The notes beneath the pieces are model-generated. The model was not told where the DNA came from and did no database searches. It saw nothing but the letters and a program-made list of their open reading frames with translations. A stretch of DNA of 64,000 nucleotides, from NCBI RefSeq assembly GCF_964213995.1, contig NW_027590205.1, positions 62,001 through 126,000 of the forward strand. The letters run 5' to 3'. This stretch comes from Mustelus asterias (Eukaryota). Positions within the stretch are counted from its first letter, which is position 1. The number at the start of each line of letters is the position of its first letter. The position numbers and the translations under genes were made by a program. Shown here piece by piece: positions 12,768-25,666 of the stretch.

Positions 12768-15700
12768 AGGGCAGAGATTACTGATACAAGGCCCAGATTG
12801 TAATAACTGAGGGAAGTTTAGGACAGAGATCATAGAATCATAGAAACCCTACAGTGCAGAAGGAGGCCATTCGGTCCATCGAGTCTGCACCGACCACAAT
12901 CCCACCCAGGCCCTACCCCTATATCCCCACATATTTACCCGCTAATCCCTCTAACCTACACATCCCAGGACTCTAAGGGGCAATTTTTAACCTGGCCAAT
13001 CAACCTAACCCGCACATCTTTGGACTGTGGGGGAAACCGGAGCACCCGGAGGAAACCCACGCAGACACGAGGAGAATGTGCAAACTCCACACAGACAGTG
13101 ACCCGAGCTGGGAATCGAACCCGGAACCCTGGAGCTGTGAAGCAGCAGTGCTAACCACTGTGCTACCGTGCCGCCCAGATTACTGATACAAGGCCCAGAT
13201 TGTAATAACTGAGAGAGGTCGAGGGCAGAGATTACTGAAACAAAGCCCAGATTGTGATAACTGAGAGTGGTTTAGGGCAGAGATTACTGATACCAGGCCC
13301 AGATTGTAATAACTGAGAGATGTTTAGGGCAGAGATTACTGATACAAGGCCCAGATTGTAATAACCGAGAGAGGTTTCGGGCAGAGATTACTGATACAAG
13401 GCCCAGATTGTAATAACTGAGTGAGGTTTCGGACAGCGATTACTGATACAAGTCCCAGATTGTAATAACTGAGAGAGGTTTCGGGCAGAGTTTACTGATA
13501 CAAGGCCCAGATTGTAATAACTGAGAGAGGTTTCGGGCAGAGTTTACTGATACAAGGCCCAGATTGTAATAACTGAGAGAGGTTTCGGGCAGAGATTACT
13601 GATACAAAGCCCAGATTGTAATAACTGAGAGAGGTTTCAGGCAGAGATTACTGATACAAGGCCCAGATTGTAATAACTGAGAGAGGTTTCGGGCAGAGCT
13701 TACTGATTCAAAACCCAGATTGTAGTAACTGAGAGAGGTTTCGGGCAGAGATTACTGATACAAGGCCCAGATTGTAATAACTGAGAGAGGTTTATGGCAG
13801 AGATTACTGATACAAGGCCCAGATTGTAATAATTGAGGGAGATTTAGGGCAGAGTTTACTGATACAAAGCCCAGATTGTAATAACTGAGGGAGATTTAGG
13901 GGAGAGATTACTGATACAAGGCGCAAATTGTAGTAACTGAGAGAGGTTTCGGGCAGAGATTACTGATACAAGGCCCAGATTGTAATAACTGAGAGAGGTT
14001 TCGGGCAGAGTTTACTGATACAAGGCGCAGATTGTAATAACTGAGGGAGGTTTAGGGCAGAGATTACTGATACAAGGCCCATATTGTAATAACTGAGAGA
14101 GGTTTCGGGCAGAGATTACTGATACAAGGCCCAGATTGCAATAATTGAGAGAGGTTTCGGGCAGAGTTTACTGATACAAAGCCCAGATTGTAATAACTGA
14201 GAGAGGTTTAGGGCAGACATTACTGATACAAAGCCCAGATTGTAATAACTGAGAGAGGTTTCGGGCAGAGTTTACTGATACAAGGCCCAGATTGTAATAA
14301 CTGAGAGAGTTGTAGGGCAGAGATTACTGATACAAGTCAAAGATTGTAATAACTGAGAGAGGTTTATGGCAGAGATTACTGATACCAGGCCCAGATTGTA
14401 ATAACTGAGGGAGGTTTCGGGCAGAGATTACTGATACAAGGCCCAGATTGTAATAACTGAGAGAGGTTTATGGCAGAGATTACTGATACAAGGCCCAGAT
14501 TGTAATAACTGAGGGAGGTTTCGGGCAGAGATTACTGATACAAGGCCCAGATTGTAATAACTGAGAGAGGTTTATGGCAGAGATTACTGATACCAGGCCC
14601 AGATTATAATAACTGAGAGAGGTTTAGGGCAGAGATTACTGATACAAAACCCAGATTGTAATAACTGAGAGATGTTTAGGGCAGAGATTACTGATACAAG
14701 GCCCAGATTGTAATAACTGAGAGAGGTTTATGACAGAGATTACTGATACAAGGCCCAGATTGTAATAACTGAGAGAGGTTTACGGCAGAGATGACTGATA
14801 CCAGGCCCAGATTGTAATAACTGAGGGAGGTTTCGGGCAGAGATTACTGATACGTGGCCCAGATTGTAATAACTGAGAGAGGTTTATGGCAGAGTTTACT
14901 GATACCAGGCCCAGATTGTAATAACTGAGGGAGGTTTCGGGCAGAGATTACTGATACAAGGCCCAGATTGTAATAACTGAGAGAGGTTTATGGCAGAGAT
15001 TACTGATACAAGGCCCAGATTGTAATAACTGAAGGAGGTTTCGGGCAGAGATTACTGATACAAGGCCCAGATTGTGATAACTGAGAGAGGTTTATGGCAG
15101 AGATTACTGATACAAGTCCCAGATTGTAATAACTGAGAGAGGTTTTGGGCAGAGATTACTGATACAAGGCCCAGATTGTAATAACTGAGAGAGGTTTACG
15201 GCAGAGTTTATTGATACAAGGCCCAGATTGTGATAACTGAGAGAGGTTTATGGCAGAGATTACTGATACAAGTCCCAGATTGTAATAACTGAGAGAGGTT
15301 TTGGGCAGAGATTACTGATACAAGGCCCAGATTGTAATAACTCGGAGAGGTTTCGTGCAGAGATTACTGATACAAGGCCCAGATTGTGATAACTGAGAGA
15401 GGTTTATGGCAGAGATTACTGATACAAGTCCCAGATTGTAATAACTGAGAGAGGTTTTGGGCAGAGATTACTGATACAAGGCCCAGATTGTAATAACTCG
15501 GAGAGGTTTCGTGCAGAGATTACTGATACAAGGCCCAGATTGTAATAACTGAGAGTGGTTTCGGGCAGAGATTACCGATACAAGGCCCAGATTGTAATAA
15601 CTGAGAGAGGTTTATGGCAGAGATTACTGATACAAGTCCCAGACTGTAATAACTGAGAGAGTTTTTGGGCAGAGATTACTGATACAAGTCCCAGATTGTA

Positions 15701-16098
15701 ATAACTGAGAGAGGTTTCAGGCAGAGATTACTGATACAAGGCCCAGATTGTAATAACTGAGAGAGGTTTCGGGCAGAGTTTACTGATACAAGGCCCAGAT
15801 TGTAATAACTGAGAGAGGTTTCAGGCAGAGATTACTGATACAAGGCCCAGATTGTAATAACTCGGAGAGGTTTCGTGCAGAGTTTACTGATACAAGTCCC
15901 AGATTGTAATAACTGAGAGAGGTTTCGGGCAGTTTACTGATACAAGGCCCAGATTGTAATAACTGAGAGAGGTTTCGGGCAGTTTACTGATACAAGTCCC
16001 AGATTGTAATAACTGAGAGAGGTTTCGGGCAGAGATTACTGATACAAGGCCCATATTGTAATAACTGAGATAGGTTTCGGGCAGAGTTTACTGATACA
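12768..16098. repeat. 52-bp minisatellite, about 57 copies
   Basis: Unit GGGCAGAGATTACTGATACAAGGCCCAGATTGTAATAACTGAGAGAGGTTTC; period confirmed (13381 to 13641 = 5 x 52); interrupted by a SINE near its left end. Confidence 0.97.
12830..13177 (-). mobile_element. Full-length HE1-like SINE inserted in the minisatellite
   Basis: CATAGAATCATAGAA tail to GTGCCGCCC head; AGAT on both flanks; nearly identical to the copy at 33669-33996. Confidence 0.9.
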
Positions 16099-16450
16099 TG
16101 ATCCGGCAGGATTTACTGTTTGATAATCCAGCTGTTTGGCCCCGTTATGAGCACACCTTCCATGGCCATCAAGTCCGGAAGTCGGCCTTGAACCCTTGAA
16201 GAATGAGAGGCGACCCCATTGAAACAGACTTAAAATTCTTACAGGGTGTGACAGGGTGGATGTAGATTGGATGTTTCCCCTGGCTGGGGAGACTAGAACC
16301 AGGGGACACAATCTCAGAATCAGACCATTGAAGACTGAGATGAGGAGGAATTTCTTCACTCAGAGGGTGGTGAATCTTTGGAATTTTCTATTCCAGGGGG
16401 ATGTGGAAGCCCAATCATGCAGCATGTTCAAGATGCAAATCGATTGTGTG

Positions 16451-16631
16451 NNNNNNNNNNNNNNNNNNNNNNNNNNNNNNNNNNNNNNNNNNNNNNNNNN
16501 NNNNNNNNNNNNNNNNNNNNNNNNNNNNNNNNNNNNNNNNNNNNNNNNNNNNNNNNNNNNNNNNNNNNNNNNNNNNNNNNNNNNNNNNNNNNNNNNNNNN
16601 NNNNNNNNNNNNNNNNNNNNNNNNNNNNNNN
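16451..16631. other. Assembly gap (181 N)
   Basis: Run of N flanked by TG repeats. Confidence 1.
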
Positions 16632-16698
16632 CCGTGTGTGTTTATTACTGTGTGCGTCTGAGTGTTACTGGGTGAGAATATCTGTTTCTGTGTGTTTT

Positions 16699-17012
16699 CA
16701 TAGAATCCTAGACTCCTACAGTGCAGAAGGAGGCCATTTGGCCCATTGAGTCTGTACCGACCACAATCCCACTCAGGCCCTATCCCCATTGCCCCATGCA
16801 TTTACCCGAGCTAGTCTCCCTGACGCGGAGGGACAATTTAGCACGGCCAATGCACCCGAACCAGAACGTCTTTCAGACTGTGGGAGGAAACCGGAGCACC
16901 CGGAGTAAACCCACGCAGACACGGGGAGAACGTGCAAACTCCGCACAGACAGTGACCCAAGGTGGGAACCGAACCTGAGTCCCTGGCACTGTGAGGCAGC
17001 AGTGCTAACTGT
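16699..17012 (-). mobile_element. HE1-like SINE
   Basis: Same head, body and tail as other copies; followed by TG-rich low-complexity sequence to ~17170. Confidence 0.85.
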
Positions 17013-19124
17013 GTGTTTGGTGTGTGTGTGTTTATTGTGTTTGTATGCTTTTTGTGTGTGTTTTATGTGTGTTTGTGTGTGCGTGCTTTGTGTGTGTGCG
17101 TGTTTTGTGTGTGTTGGTGTGTGCATGTTTTGTGTGTGTTGGTGTGTGCGTGTTTTGTGTGCGTACGTGCACCATGATCTGTTTGAATGCTGGCGCAGGA
17201 TCGATGGGCCAAATGGCCTACACCTGCTCCTATTTTCCTTTGAGATTTAAATACATTGACACACATGCACGCTGACACACACACACAGAAAGATATACAC
17301 AGTGTTGACGTATTTATTGACCACTTAATGTGACTGAATGCTACACATCCCAGTTTACCAAAGACACACAATATTCAGCAGCATTGTAAACAGCGCAGCT
17401 GAAAACATCAAATTGGGGATTTGGATTGAAAAAGGGTCAAAGCCTCTCTTGCTAAAGGCTGTTTGTCTATATTGTGCTGACAGTGATACACTGCCATCCT
17501 CTGCTGCCTGCTGGACATTGCTCCAGCCGCAGAGAGAGTGAAGTAGATCAGAAACTCACTGGGAGAGAATGCAGCTTCACACAGTATCCATCCAAAATGA
17601 CAGGAGCATCAGCACACACACAAGCTCCATGTGGAGACTGAGAGGGGCTCAGTGTGGAACACAAACCTTCACACTAAACCTGGAAGGACATTGATAAAGA
17701 GTTTAAAACAAAACTTCAGCAAATGTTTTGAAACATTTTGTTCCGTGGAAAAGTGCAGTGTGTAAAAAGCTGAAGATGTTTCCATTTCACATCTTCCTGC
17801 TTTGGGGAAATGGGAGTTATCTTTGCATTTACAAGGATATGGGGAGGGAGGTGTTTGAATGGACATTCAGCTTTTTGGGTGATTAAAGTGTGAACTTTGT
17901 TTCCAGAAGCTGTTTACAGTGATTGTCCCGAGAGATTGTATTGTTTCAGTGATGTCGACGTCTCCAATACTTCAGAGGAAGGAAGCAATTTTCAAAAGGA
18001 AAGATTGGGGGAATCACTACATTGAAGGTGTGAGGCCTCATCACTCTCTGTCTGGTTTTGTTCTGAAATCTTTACATTTTTAAACACTGAAACCTCTTGC
18101 CCTTGTTGGGAATATCATTGCGGTTTGAGAAAAGCAAACACTGATCCCACACTAAACACCCCCCCCCCAACACAGGACTGAGCAGAGAGTGTGAAATGTG
18201 ACTGGTGTCAGAGTGGATTGTCAAACTGACAGAAGGGATTTGAAAAATCTCTAAATGATTCATTGATTAAAAACTCTAACATTAATGTCCCGCATCATAA
18301 ACATCTGCTTCATTATTGTATCTTTCTTTTACAGATCAAGTGATGGGTTGAATTTTGGACGGTGTAGATTTCCCTCAGCTGATTATTAAGATTCCTGATT
18401 GACACAAATACAATATCTGCTGTCGGTGACTCCAACAGTGAAATTCTCTCAGTTTATCATTCTGAATCTGTCACTGAGACAATTGTGGGCGGTAGTTCAG
18501 TTTTCAGTGTGAAATGTAGAAGGTAACTTTTGTTGTAATGTAATTGTAGTTAATAGTTTTCCTGTAGTTTAAATCTCAGGTATAAATTAATAACTTTTCT
18601 CGTTCCTGATTCACAATTGTTCATTTCCCGTGATGCTGAGCTCTGGTTTTCTCTTTCTGGTGTCTGGTACAGCTGTACAGATATTGGGCAGCTCAGAGCG
18701 TAGGGGTTCAGATCTCATTGTGAAGCTCAAAGGTCAGATTCACTTTTGTTAACTTTAAAATCAATTTTCCTGTCAAATATTCTCTGAATTTTTAAATAAA
18801 TATTGAATGGAAAATTAAATCTGACTTTGCCAAACTCTCTTTCTGTATTTCTCTGTTCGGAGTCTCTGATCGATGCTAAGGGCCTAGTATTTGAGGCTCT
18901 GAGCTGAACCCACAATCTGTCTGATTCTGAGGGAAGATTACTGCCACTCAGATACAGCTGGCTGCAATATCCCCTTGAAATATATCTGTTGTGTAAAGAG
19001 CTGCATGTTTTTTTTCCCCTGTGTCTGCTGTCCTTAAAGAACTATTGAATAATCTAAACATCCGCATTAATGATCACAGAACAAGGCCAACATGGGGGAA
19101 TTGAGTATCAGGTTTAAAAGTATA

Positions 19125-19821
19125 TTTATTAGTGTCACAAGTAGGGTTACATTAACACTACAATGAAGTTACTGTGGAAAATCCGTAGTCGCCATGCTCT
19201 GGCGCCTGTTTGGGCAACTTGGGGAGAATTTAGCATGGCTGATACACCTAACCAGCGCGTCTTTCGAACTGTGGGAGGAAACCGCAGCACCCGGTGGAAA
19301 CCCACACAGACACGGGGAGAATGTACAAACTCCACACTGACAGTGACCCAAGCCAGGAATCAAACCCGGTCCCTGGCGCTGTGAGGCAGCAGTGTTAACC
19401 ACTGTGCCGCACCTCATCGATAAATTGTGCAGTTGTGGATTGCACAGGATAGGAGGGATGTGATAGCACTGGAAAAGGTGCAGAGGAGATTCACCAGGAT
19501 GTTGCCTGGCCTGGAGAGTTTTAGTTCATAGAATCATAGAATCCCTACAGTCCAGAATGAGGCCATTCGACCCATCAAATCTGCACGGACTCTTACCCAG
19601 GCTTACCCCGTAAACCCACGTGTTTTCCCGCTAATCCCCCTAACCTATACATCGTGGGACCCTCAGGGCAATTTGGCATGGACAATGCACCCGGAGAAAA
19701 CCCACGCAGACATGGGGAGAATGTGCAAACTCCACACAGACAGTAACCCGAGGCCGGAATTGAACCCGGGTCCCTGGCGCTGTGAGGCAGCAGTGCTAAC
19801 CATTGTGCTACCGTGCCGCCA
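19125..19821 (-). mobile_element. Two SINE copies (19125-19412 and 19527-19821) inserted in a CR1 3' fragment
   Basis: SINE motifs; CR1 VQRRFTRMLPG sequence between them resumes at ~19985. Confidence 0.75.
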
Positions 19822-21959
19822 CTCGAACTGAAGAGAGATTTTATAGACTGAGGGTGTGATCTTACCACCTGTTGACGCCACACTCCCGCTCAGCGAGGTC
19901 GGAGAATCTGGTGACCAGCCAAATCTCCTTTCACTGCAGTGGGATGAGAAAATCCTGCCGGCCTGAACGGTGATAAGATTCCACCCTGGGGTTGTTTTCC
20001 GTGGAGCAGAGGAGGCTGAGGGGCAACATGATGGAGATGGATAAGATTATGAGGGACATTGATAGAGTAGACGGGAAGAAAGCTTTCCCCTTGGTGGTGG
20101 GGTCAATGACCAGGGGGTATAGATTTAGGATAAGTGGCAGGAGGTTTACAGGGGATGTGAGGAAAACCTTTTTCACCCAGAGGGTGGTGGGAGTCTGGAA
20201 CTCTCTGCCTGAAAGGGTGGTGGAGGCAGAGACCCTCAGAACGTTTAAGAAGTGCTTAGCTATGCATTTGCAATGCCAAGGCTTACCAGGCCGTGAGCCA
20301 AGTTAGGTGATTTGTCTTTGGCCGGCACAGATGCAATGGGCCGAAGGGCCTTTTCTGTTCTCTAGACCTCCATTGCTAAAACACAACCTCACTGACCCAG
20401 CTTCTGGTCATCCATCCAAATCTCTCCCTCCACAGCTCGGGGACAAATCCTGCCGCGCAATCTTCCTTTGAAGTGGCTTTGGACATTTCATTCTCCGTGA
20501 GGACTTGTCCGGACAGTGGTTGCTGTTGTTGTGTTTCTCTCAGTGTCAGCTCAGAAACATGGACAACATGTTAGAAATGGCCGTCTCCCAGTGAGTGTGA
20601 GGACAGGGCAGGCTTTGAGCGAGGCCTGGGCCGCTCCCTGAAGGACACAGGGCCACCATTGTGCTTTTTGCTGACAAACAGAAAGCTTTCACCCCTCTCT
20701 CTCTCTCTCGTGTCTCATCTCACTCACATTCTGCCCCTTCCATTCACTCTGTGCTGCTTTCTGGAGGAGGCTGCCAGCTTTATCCGCCACAGAGCATCTG
20801 CCAACAAGAACATCAGATGAAACTTTCCATTCCCCAAGTCCCTCTTTCCTCTCTGCTCCTCGCTGTCTTTCCGGAGGAAATGGGATGGGAAGCTGATGGG
20901 AAAAGATTTGCAGGGCTCCAGGGACAAGGTGGAGCAGTGGGACTGGCTCGATTGTTCTAGCAGAGAGTCGACACCAGCTGAATGGGCTGAATGGCCTCCT
21001 TCATTCTGTGGCTATTCTATGGTTGACACACAATAGATAGTCAATATCTTTTCCCAAAGGTAGGGGAGTCTAAAACTCGAGGGCGTGGGTTTAAGGTGAG
21101 AGGGGAGAGATACAATAGTGTCCAGAGGGGCAATCTTTTCACACAGAGAGTGATGAGCGTCTGGAACAAGCTGCCAGAGGTAGTAGTAGAGATGGACACA
21201 ATTTTATCTTTTAAAAAGCATTTAGACAGTTACATGGGTAAGATAGATGTAGAGGGATATGGGCCAAATGTGGGGAATTGGGACCAGCTTAGGGGTTAAA
21301 AGAAAAAGGGCAGCATGACAAGTTGGGCCAAAGGGCCTGTTTCCATGCTGTAAACATCTATGACACTATGACAACTTGTCATTTGGGTCTCAACTTCAAG
21401 TTTCTAGGTGTCCAGATCACCAACAACCTGTCCTGGTCCCCCCATGCCGACACTATAATTGAGAAAGCCCACCAACACGTCTACTTTCTCAGGAGGCTGA
21501 GGAAATTTGGCATGTCAGCTACGACTCTCACCAACTTCTACAGATGCACCATAGGAAGCATCCTTTCTGTATCACGGCTTGGTATGGTTTCTGCTCTGTC
21601 CAAGACTGCAAGAAATTACAAAAGGTCGTGAATGTAGCCGTGCTAAATTCTCCCTCAGTGTAACCCGAACAGGCGCCGGAGTGTGGCGACTAGGGGATTC
21701 TCACAGTAACTTCATTGCAGTGTTAATGTAAGCCTACTTCTGAGGCTAATAAATAAAGTGAAACTGAAGGTCAAGGTGCTGCTGTGACAATGCACTCTTG
21801 TTTAAACACTCTGCAATGCTGAGACTGGGAGAAGTGACCAACAGGGGGCAGCATTGCAGCTTCTGTCCCCCTATTGAAACTGGGATTGTTGCTCCATCTG
21901 CTGCACAATCCCAACCCCATCCACTGGGGGCAACCTGGACAATGGCTGCAGACAGACCT

Positions 21960-22385
21960 CACTGCGCGTGCGCCGCAATGACACCCACCGCCGGCGGCCA
22001 TTTCGCGTTGCCAAGGGAGACGGCCAGCGGCCATATTCCGTTGCCAAGGGAGACGGCGGCGACCATCTTGCGTTGCCAGGGGAGACAGCATCAATGCGGC
22101 GGCGTCCCGCGCGCTGACCTCTGGGAGCATTCCCGTGCCGCACATGCGCACAGGCAGCCCCCGGCAGCGTCACAGCGACGCCTGGTGGCCAGGAAGGGCA
22201 ATAGCAGCAGCACAGTCTCTGCCCAAAGGCTTCCCCAGTTCAGCTGCTCAGAGACACTGGGAATGTCTTCAAGTGGAAACTTCAGCTTCTCACATTCACC
22301 CCCTGTGTTCAGTCATTGTTTCCTAGGCAACCTCTGTAGTGACATCACTAACAACTTGTTCACATTGAAGGCCATGGCAATCTGG
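21960..22385. promoter_or_regulatory. CpG-rich promoter-like island with NRF1-, YY1- and RFX X-box-like motifs
   Basis: TGCGCGTGCGC at 21963; three copies of GCGRCCATNTT-like plus GTTGCCARGGGAGAC (X-boxes at 22007, 22040, 22072); GCACATGCGCA at 22140; GTTTCCTAGGCAAC at 22318. Confidence 0.55.
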
Positions 22386-23544
22386 ACCATTCGGCTTCAA
22401 AGCCATTGAGCTTTGAAACTTCAATTGAAATGTTGGAGATGAGAGTTTATCGATGCAAGTCATGTTGCATGTGGAACGCTCATGATGCCACAATTAGAGC
22501 GGTGCAGACATCTCACAGGGTTGTGTGACTGGAGGAGATGTCAGAGACGGGCTGGTTAAATATAGAGGGACAGGGTCTGAAGCTAAGTTTTGGGTAAAAG
22601 ATGGCAGTAATGTTGTGACATTAATTTAGCTTCAGATAGTTGCTGGGGAGGGGGATAGAGAGGTTGGGGAGTGATGTTTGTATTGGGGCAATCTCTCTCT
22701 CTCTCTCATCATGTATAGATATGAATCCATCTCTCACTCTCTATCTCTCTTTACCCATTGTGTCCAGAGTCTTGTGAAGGTGCAGACCGGTGGCAGGTCA
22801 TTACTGCCGAGGAGGACAGCCTTCAGCGCACTGGAGCTGCGTTGCTGCACGGATAGCTTGAGGCACCTCTGCCTCCGACAGCATCATCTTCCACACGTGT
22901 GTCTCTTCTGGACTGTGAGTGTGTCGTGTGTAACTGGTGGGGACTATACAATCCAACTGGAACATGGTATGGTGGGAAGGTCTTATGAGCAAAGGCTGAG
23001 GGACTTGAGGCTGTTTTCGTTAGAGAGAAGAAGGTTAAGAGGTGAGTTCGCGTCATAAACCAGCTGGTCGCCTCCATGCTGTGGTACCGGCTGGTCCCTT
23101 TGACCCCTCCCCCTGCCGTCTGGACTACCTGCCTGCCTGCTTGCCTGCCATCCGGCCTCTGGAGGGTGTGCTCTCCCCGGGGGGAGGGAGGAAGAGAGGA
23201 CAGGGAGTGACTGGAGGAGAGGGGGGGGGGGGGCGAAGGCGTTTGGACTGTCTCTTTTCCATCTGCAGTGGGGGGGGTGAAGGCCTTTTTCCTAATTCCC
23301 CTACCCACTGCTGCTGCCCCCGGGACCGGCACCCCCTCCCCTTTTTCCCTCCTGACTGGGGCACCGGCCTTGTGCCTCATCTCCCTCCTGCTCCTCCAAC
23401 CTCCTCTCTCCCTCTCTCACTCCGGGGAGAGAGCACCTACACCCTTCCCCGCCTACCCCACCCTGCCTTATCTTCCCCATCCCACATACGCCCTGCCGTG
23501 CATCTGGGCAGTCTCGGGGTGGGTGTAGCACTTCCCCTGATACC

Positions 23545-25634
23545 ATGGCGACATCACCAGCGTCGCCGGTGGCAGGGCCTTCTCGGCCCACCTATGCGGG
23601 CGTGGCGGCTGCCAGAGCCCCCGCCGCTCCCAAGGCCCTGCCGCCATTCTCTTTAATCACGCGGCAGCTCGGGGTGAAGTGCTACGCCCACCCCGACATG
23701 TCTATCGAGGCCTGCGTCAAGGCAATGGCTGGGGTTGTCGGCCCCTCAGCCATTGTCGCGGCCTCAAAGATGTACGGCCGGGCCGTATTCTTCCTGAAGA
23801 CCGAGCGGGCGGTTCGCCTCGCCCTGGAAAAGGGGCTCACGGTGGGCGGGACGTTCCTGGCGGTGGACCCATTGGAGGCCACCGCCCACAAGATAGTAAT
23901 ATCAAACGTCCCGCCCTTCCTACCGAGTGAGCTCCTCCTCCCCCACCTCCATCTACTGGGGGAGGTCAGGTCCGGGGTGCAGCCGATCCCGCTCGGCCTT
24001 CGGGACCCCTCCCTCCGCCACATATACTCCTTCCGACGCCAGGTTTTTGTCCGCCTGGCCCGGGAGGAGGAACTGGAGGGAGGGTTCAATGTCCCCCACG
24101 AGGGGACCACGTACCGGGTCTTTTGGTCCGCGGACGGTGTGCGGTGCCATGCCTGTAAGGAGGCGGGGCACGTGAGAAAAAACTGCCCCGTCTCCAAGGC
24201 CGCCGACCACCAACCCAAGGCGGCCGCAGCTGGCACCGCAGCCCCCTCTCCCCCCAAGCGAGTACCATCTGCCCCCCCGCGAGGGGAGGCCACGCCGGCA
24301 GCAGCTGCCACCTCAGCTGCCGGCGGGGGGGGAGCGGAGCCCCCGCGCGGCCAAAAGGCCCAGAAGGGACCTACAAAAAAGAAGGGGGGTACCGGAACCC
24401 CGGCCCCCAGGGAAAACACCCCAACCACCCCGGCAGCCGGCTCGGGGACCGCCTCAGTCTCCACCTGCGCCCCCCCCCCACCACCACCATCTGCCGGGCC
24501 CGTGGGCTCTCCGGGGCCTAGTGCTGGGTCCGGCGCCCGGGATCATGGGCCCGAGCATGGGGGGGTAAGCGACCCCGAGCCGGCAAAACTGGCGACGCCG
24601 CCACCTCGGGGGGAAGTGACGGGAGAGCAGGGGGGGCGCGGCAAGGCGAAGAGGGGCGGAGGGCGAGGGGCCTCGCCTGCCCGAGGGCAGGTTAACAAAA
24701 AGAGGCGGGGCCCCTCGGGCACCGTAGAGTTCGAGGTCTGCGTGCCCCTCCCCCCTTGTGAGTCATCTCCTGCCGTGCCCCCACCTGTCTTTGTGCCTTG
24801 TCCCCAGAAAAAAGGGGGCAAGGCACCCTGTAAATCGAAGCATGTGTTGCCTCAGTCCCCCGGCGAGGAGTCTCCGGGGCCGGGTGGCAGCGGGGCCCCC
24901 ACGGTTCCGTTCCACCCGGCCGGTTACAACCCGGAGTTCTTCTTCAGTCTGTCGGGGGACTGGGGCGACACTCCAATGTTCATGTCCTCGTGCGGCGGCG
25001 GCGAAGAGACGATCCACTCGTCCTCTCCGTCCCGACCTTGGACGCTGGACATCCCCAACCTCAGTCCGAAGGATACACCGGACCTGGGGGGTGTCCAAGC
25101 GTCTGGGGCGGGGGGGGGGCTGGGCCGCCGTCGCACGGGGGCCCGCAATCCGGGAAAGGTGAGCCCGGGGGGAACCCCTCCTCCACCGATCCTGGGGGTG
25201 GGATCGGGGAGGGGCTAGGGCTAGTTGGTGGCTCCGTGCCGCCCGCCGTACGTCCTGCGGCGGGGGACTCGGAGTCGAGGGGCGACCGCCCTGAGGAGGT
25301 CAGCGGCTCGGTGGAGGGCACGGGGACACTTTCAGAGTCTGCCCAGAGCGAGGCGGGGGACTCCCTCGTGCCCCCCACCGAGTCGTCCCTCATCCCCTCC
25401 AAGGACCTCAGGGTCTTTATCCGTAACCATTCCGGTCGCTCCGACATAATCCGGCTAGCCCTCGGCCGCTGGCCGGACCTGGCGCAGCTCGTCCGGTCCG
25501 TGAAGGCATGCTCGCATGCCTCCGCGGGCCTGGAGAAAATAGAGCGGCGCTGGGTACTGCGGTTCCTCCACAGGCTCGAAAAGGTGGGGGGTGGACTGGT
25601 GAGAATTGCGCCAGCGCCCCCCCCACACACCTAG
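23545..25634 (+). CDS. Tx1 ORF1 (nucleic-acid-binding protein), one frameshift
   Basis: IVAASKMYGRAVFFL, ISNVPPF, SFRRQVFV and CHACKEAGHVRKNC; the C-terminal conserved part lies in frame 24990-25634, with the shift probably in a G-run near 25105-25170. Confidence 0.85.
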
Positions 25635-25666
25635 TTAAGTGGTGACGGTGGCACAAAGCTGCTGAC

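Noticed and set aside
12768-16098. Minisatellite as CRISPR array, RSS array or coding repeat
   Set aside because: No variable spacers, no heptamer/nonamer pair, and no long ORF in the track
16256-16801. ORFs spanning the N run
   Set aside because: Artefacts of translating through the assembly gap
22318-22400. MHC class II-type X-X2-Y module
   Set aside because: An X-box and TGACATCA are present, but no ATTGG Y-box at the required spacing
21771-22409. Overlapping ORFs of 100-203 aa
   Set aside because: By-product of GC-rich sequence; no recognisable domain
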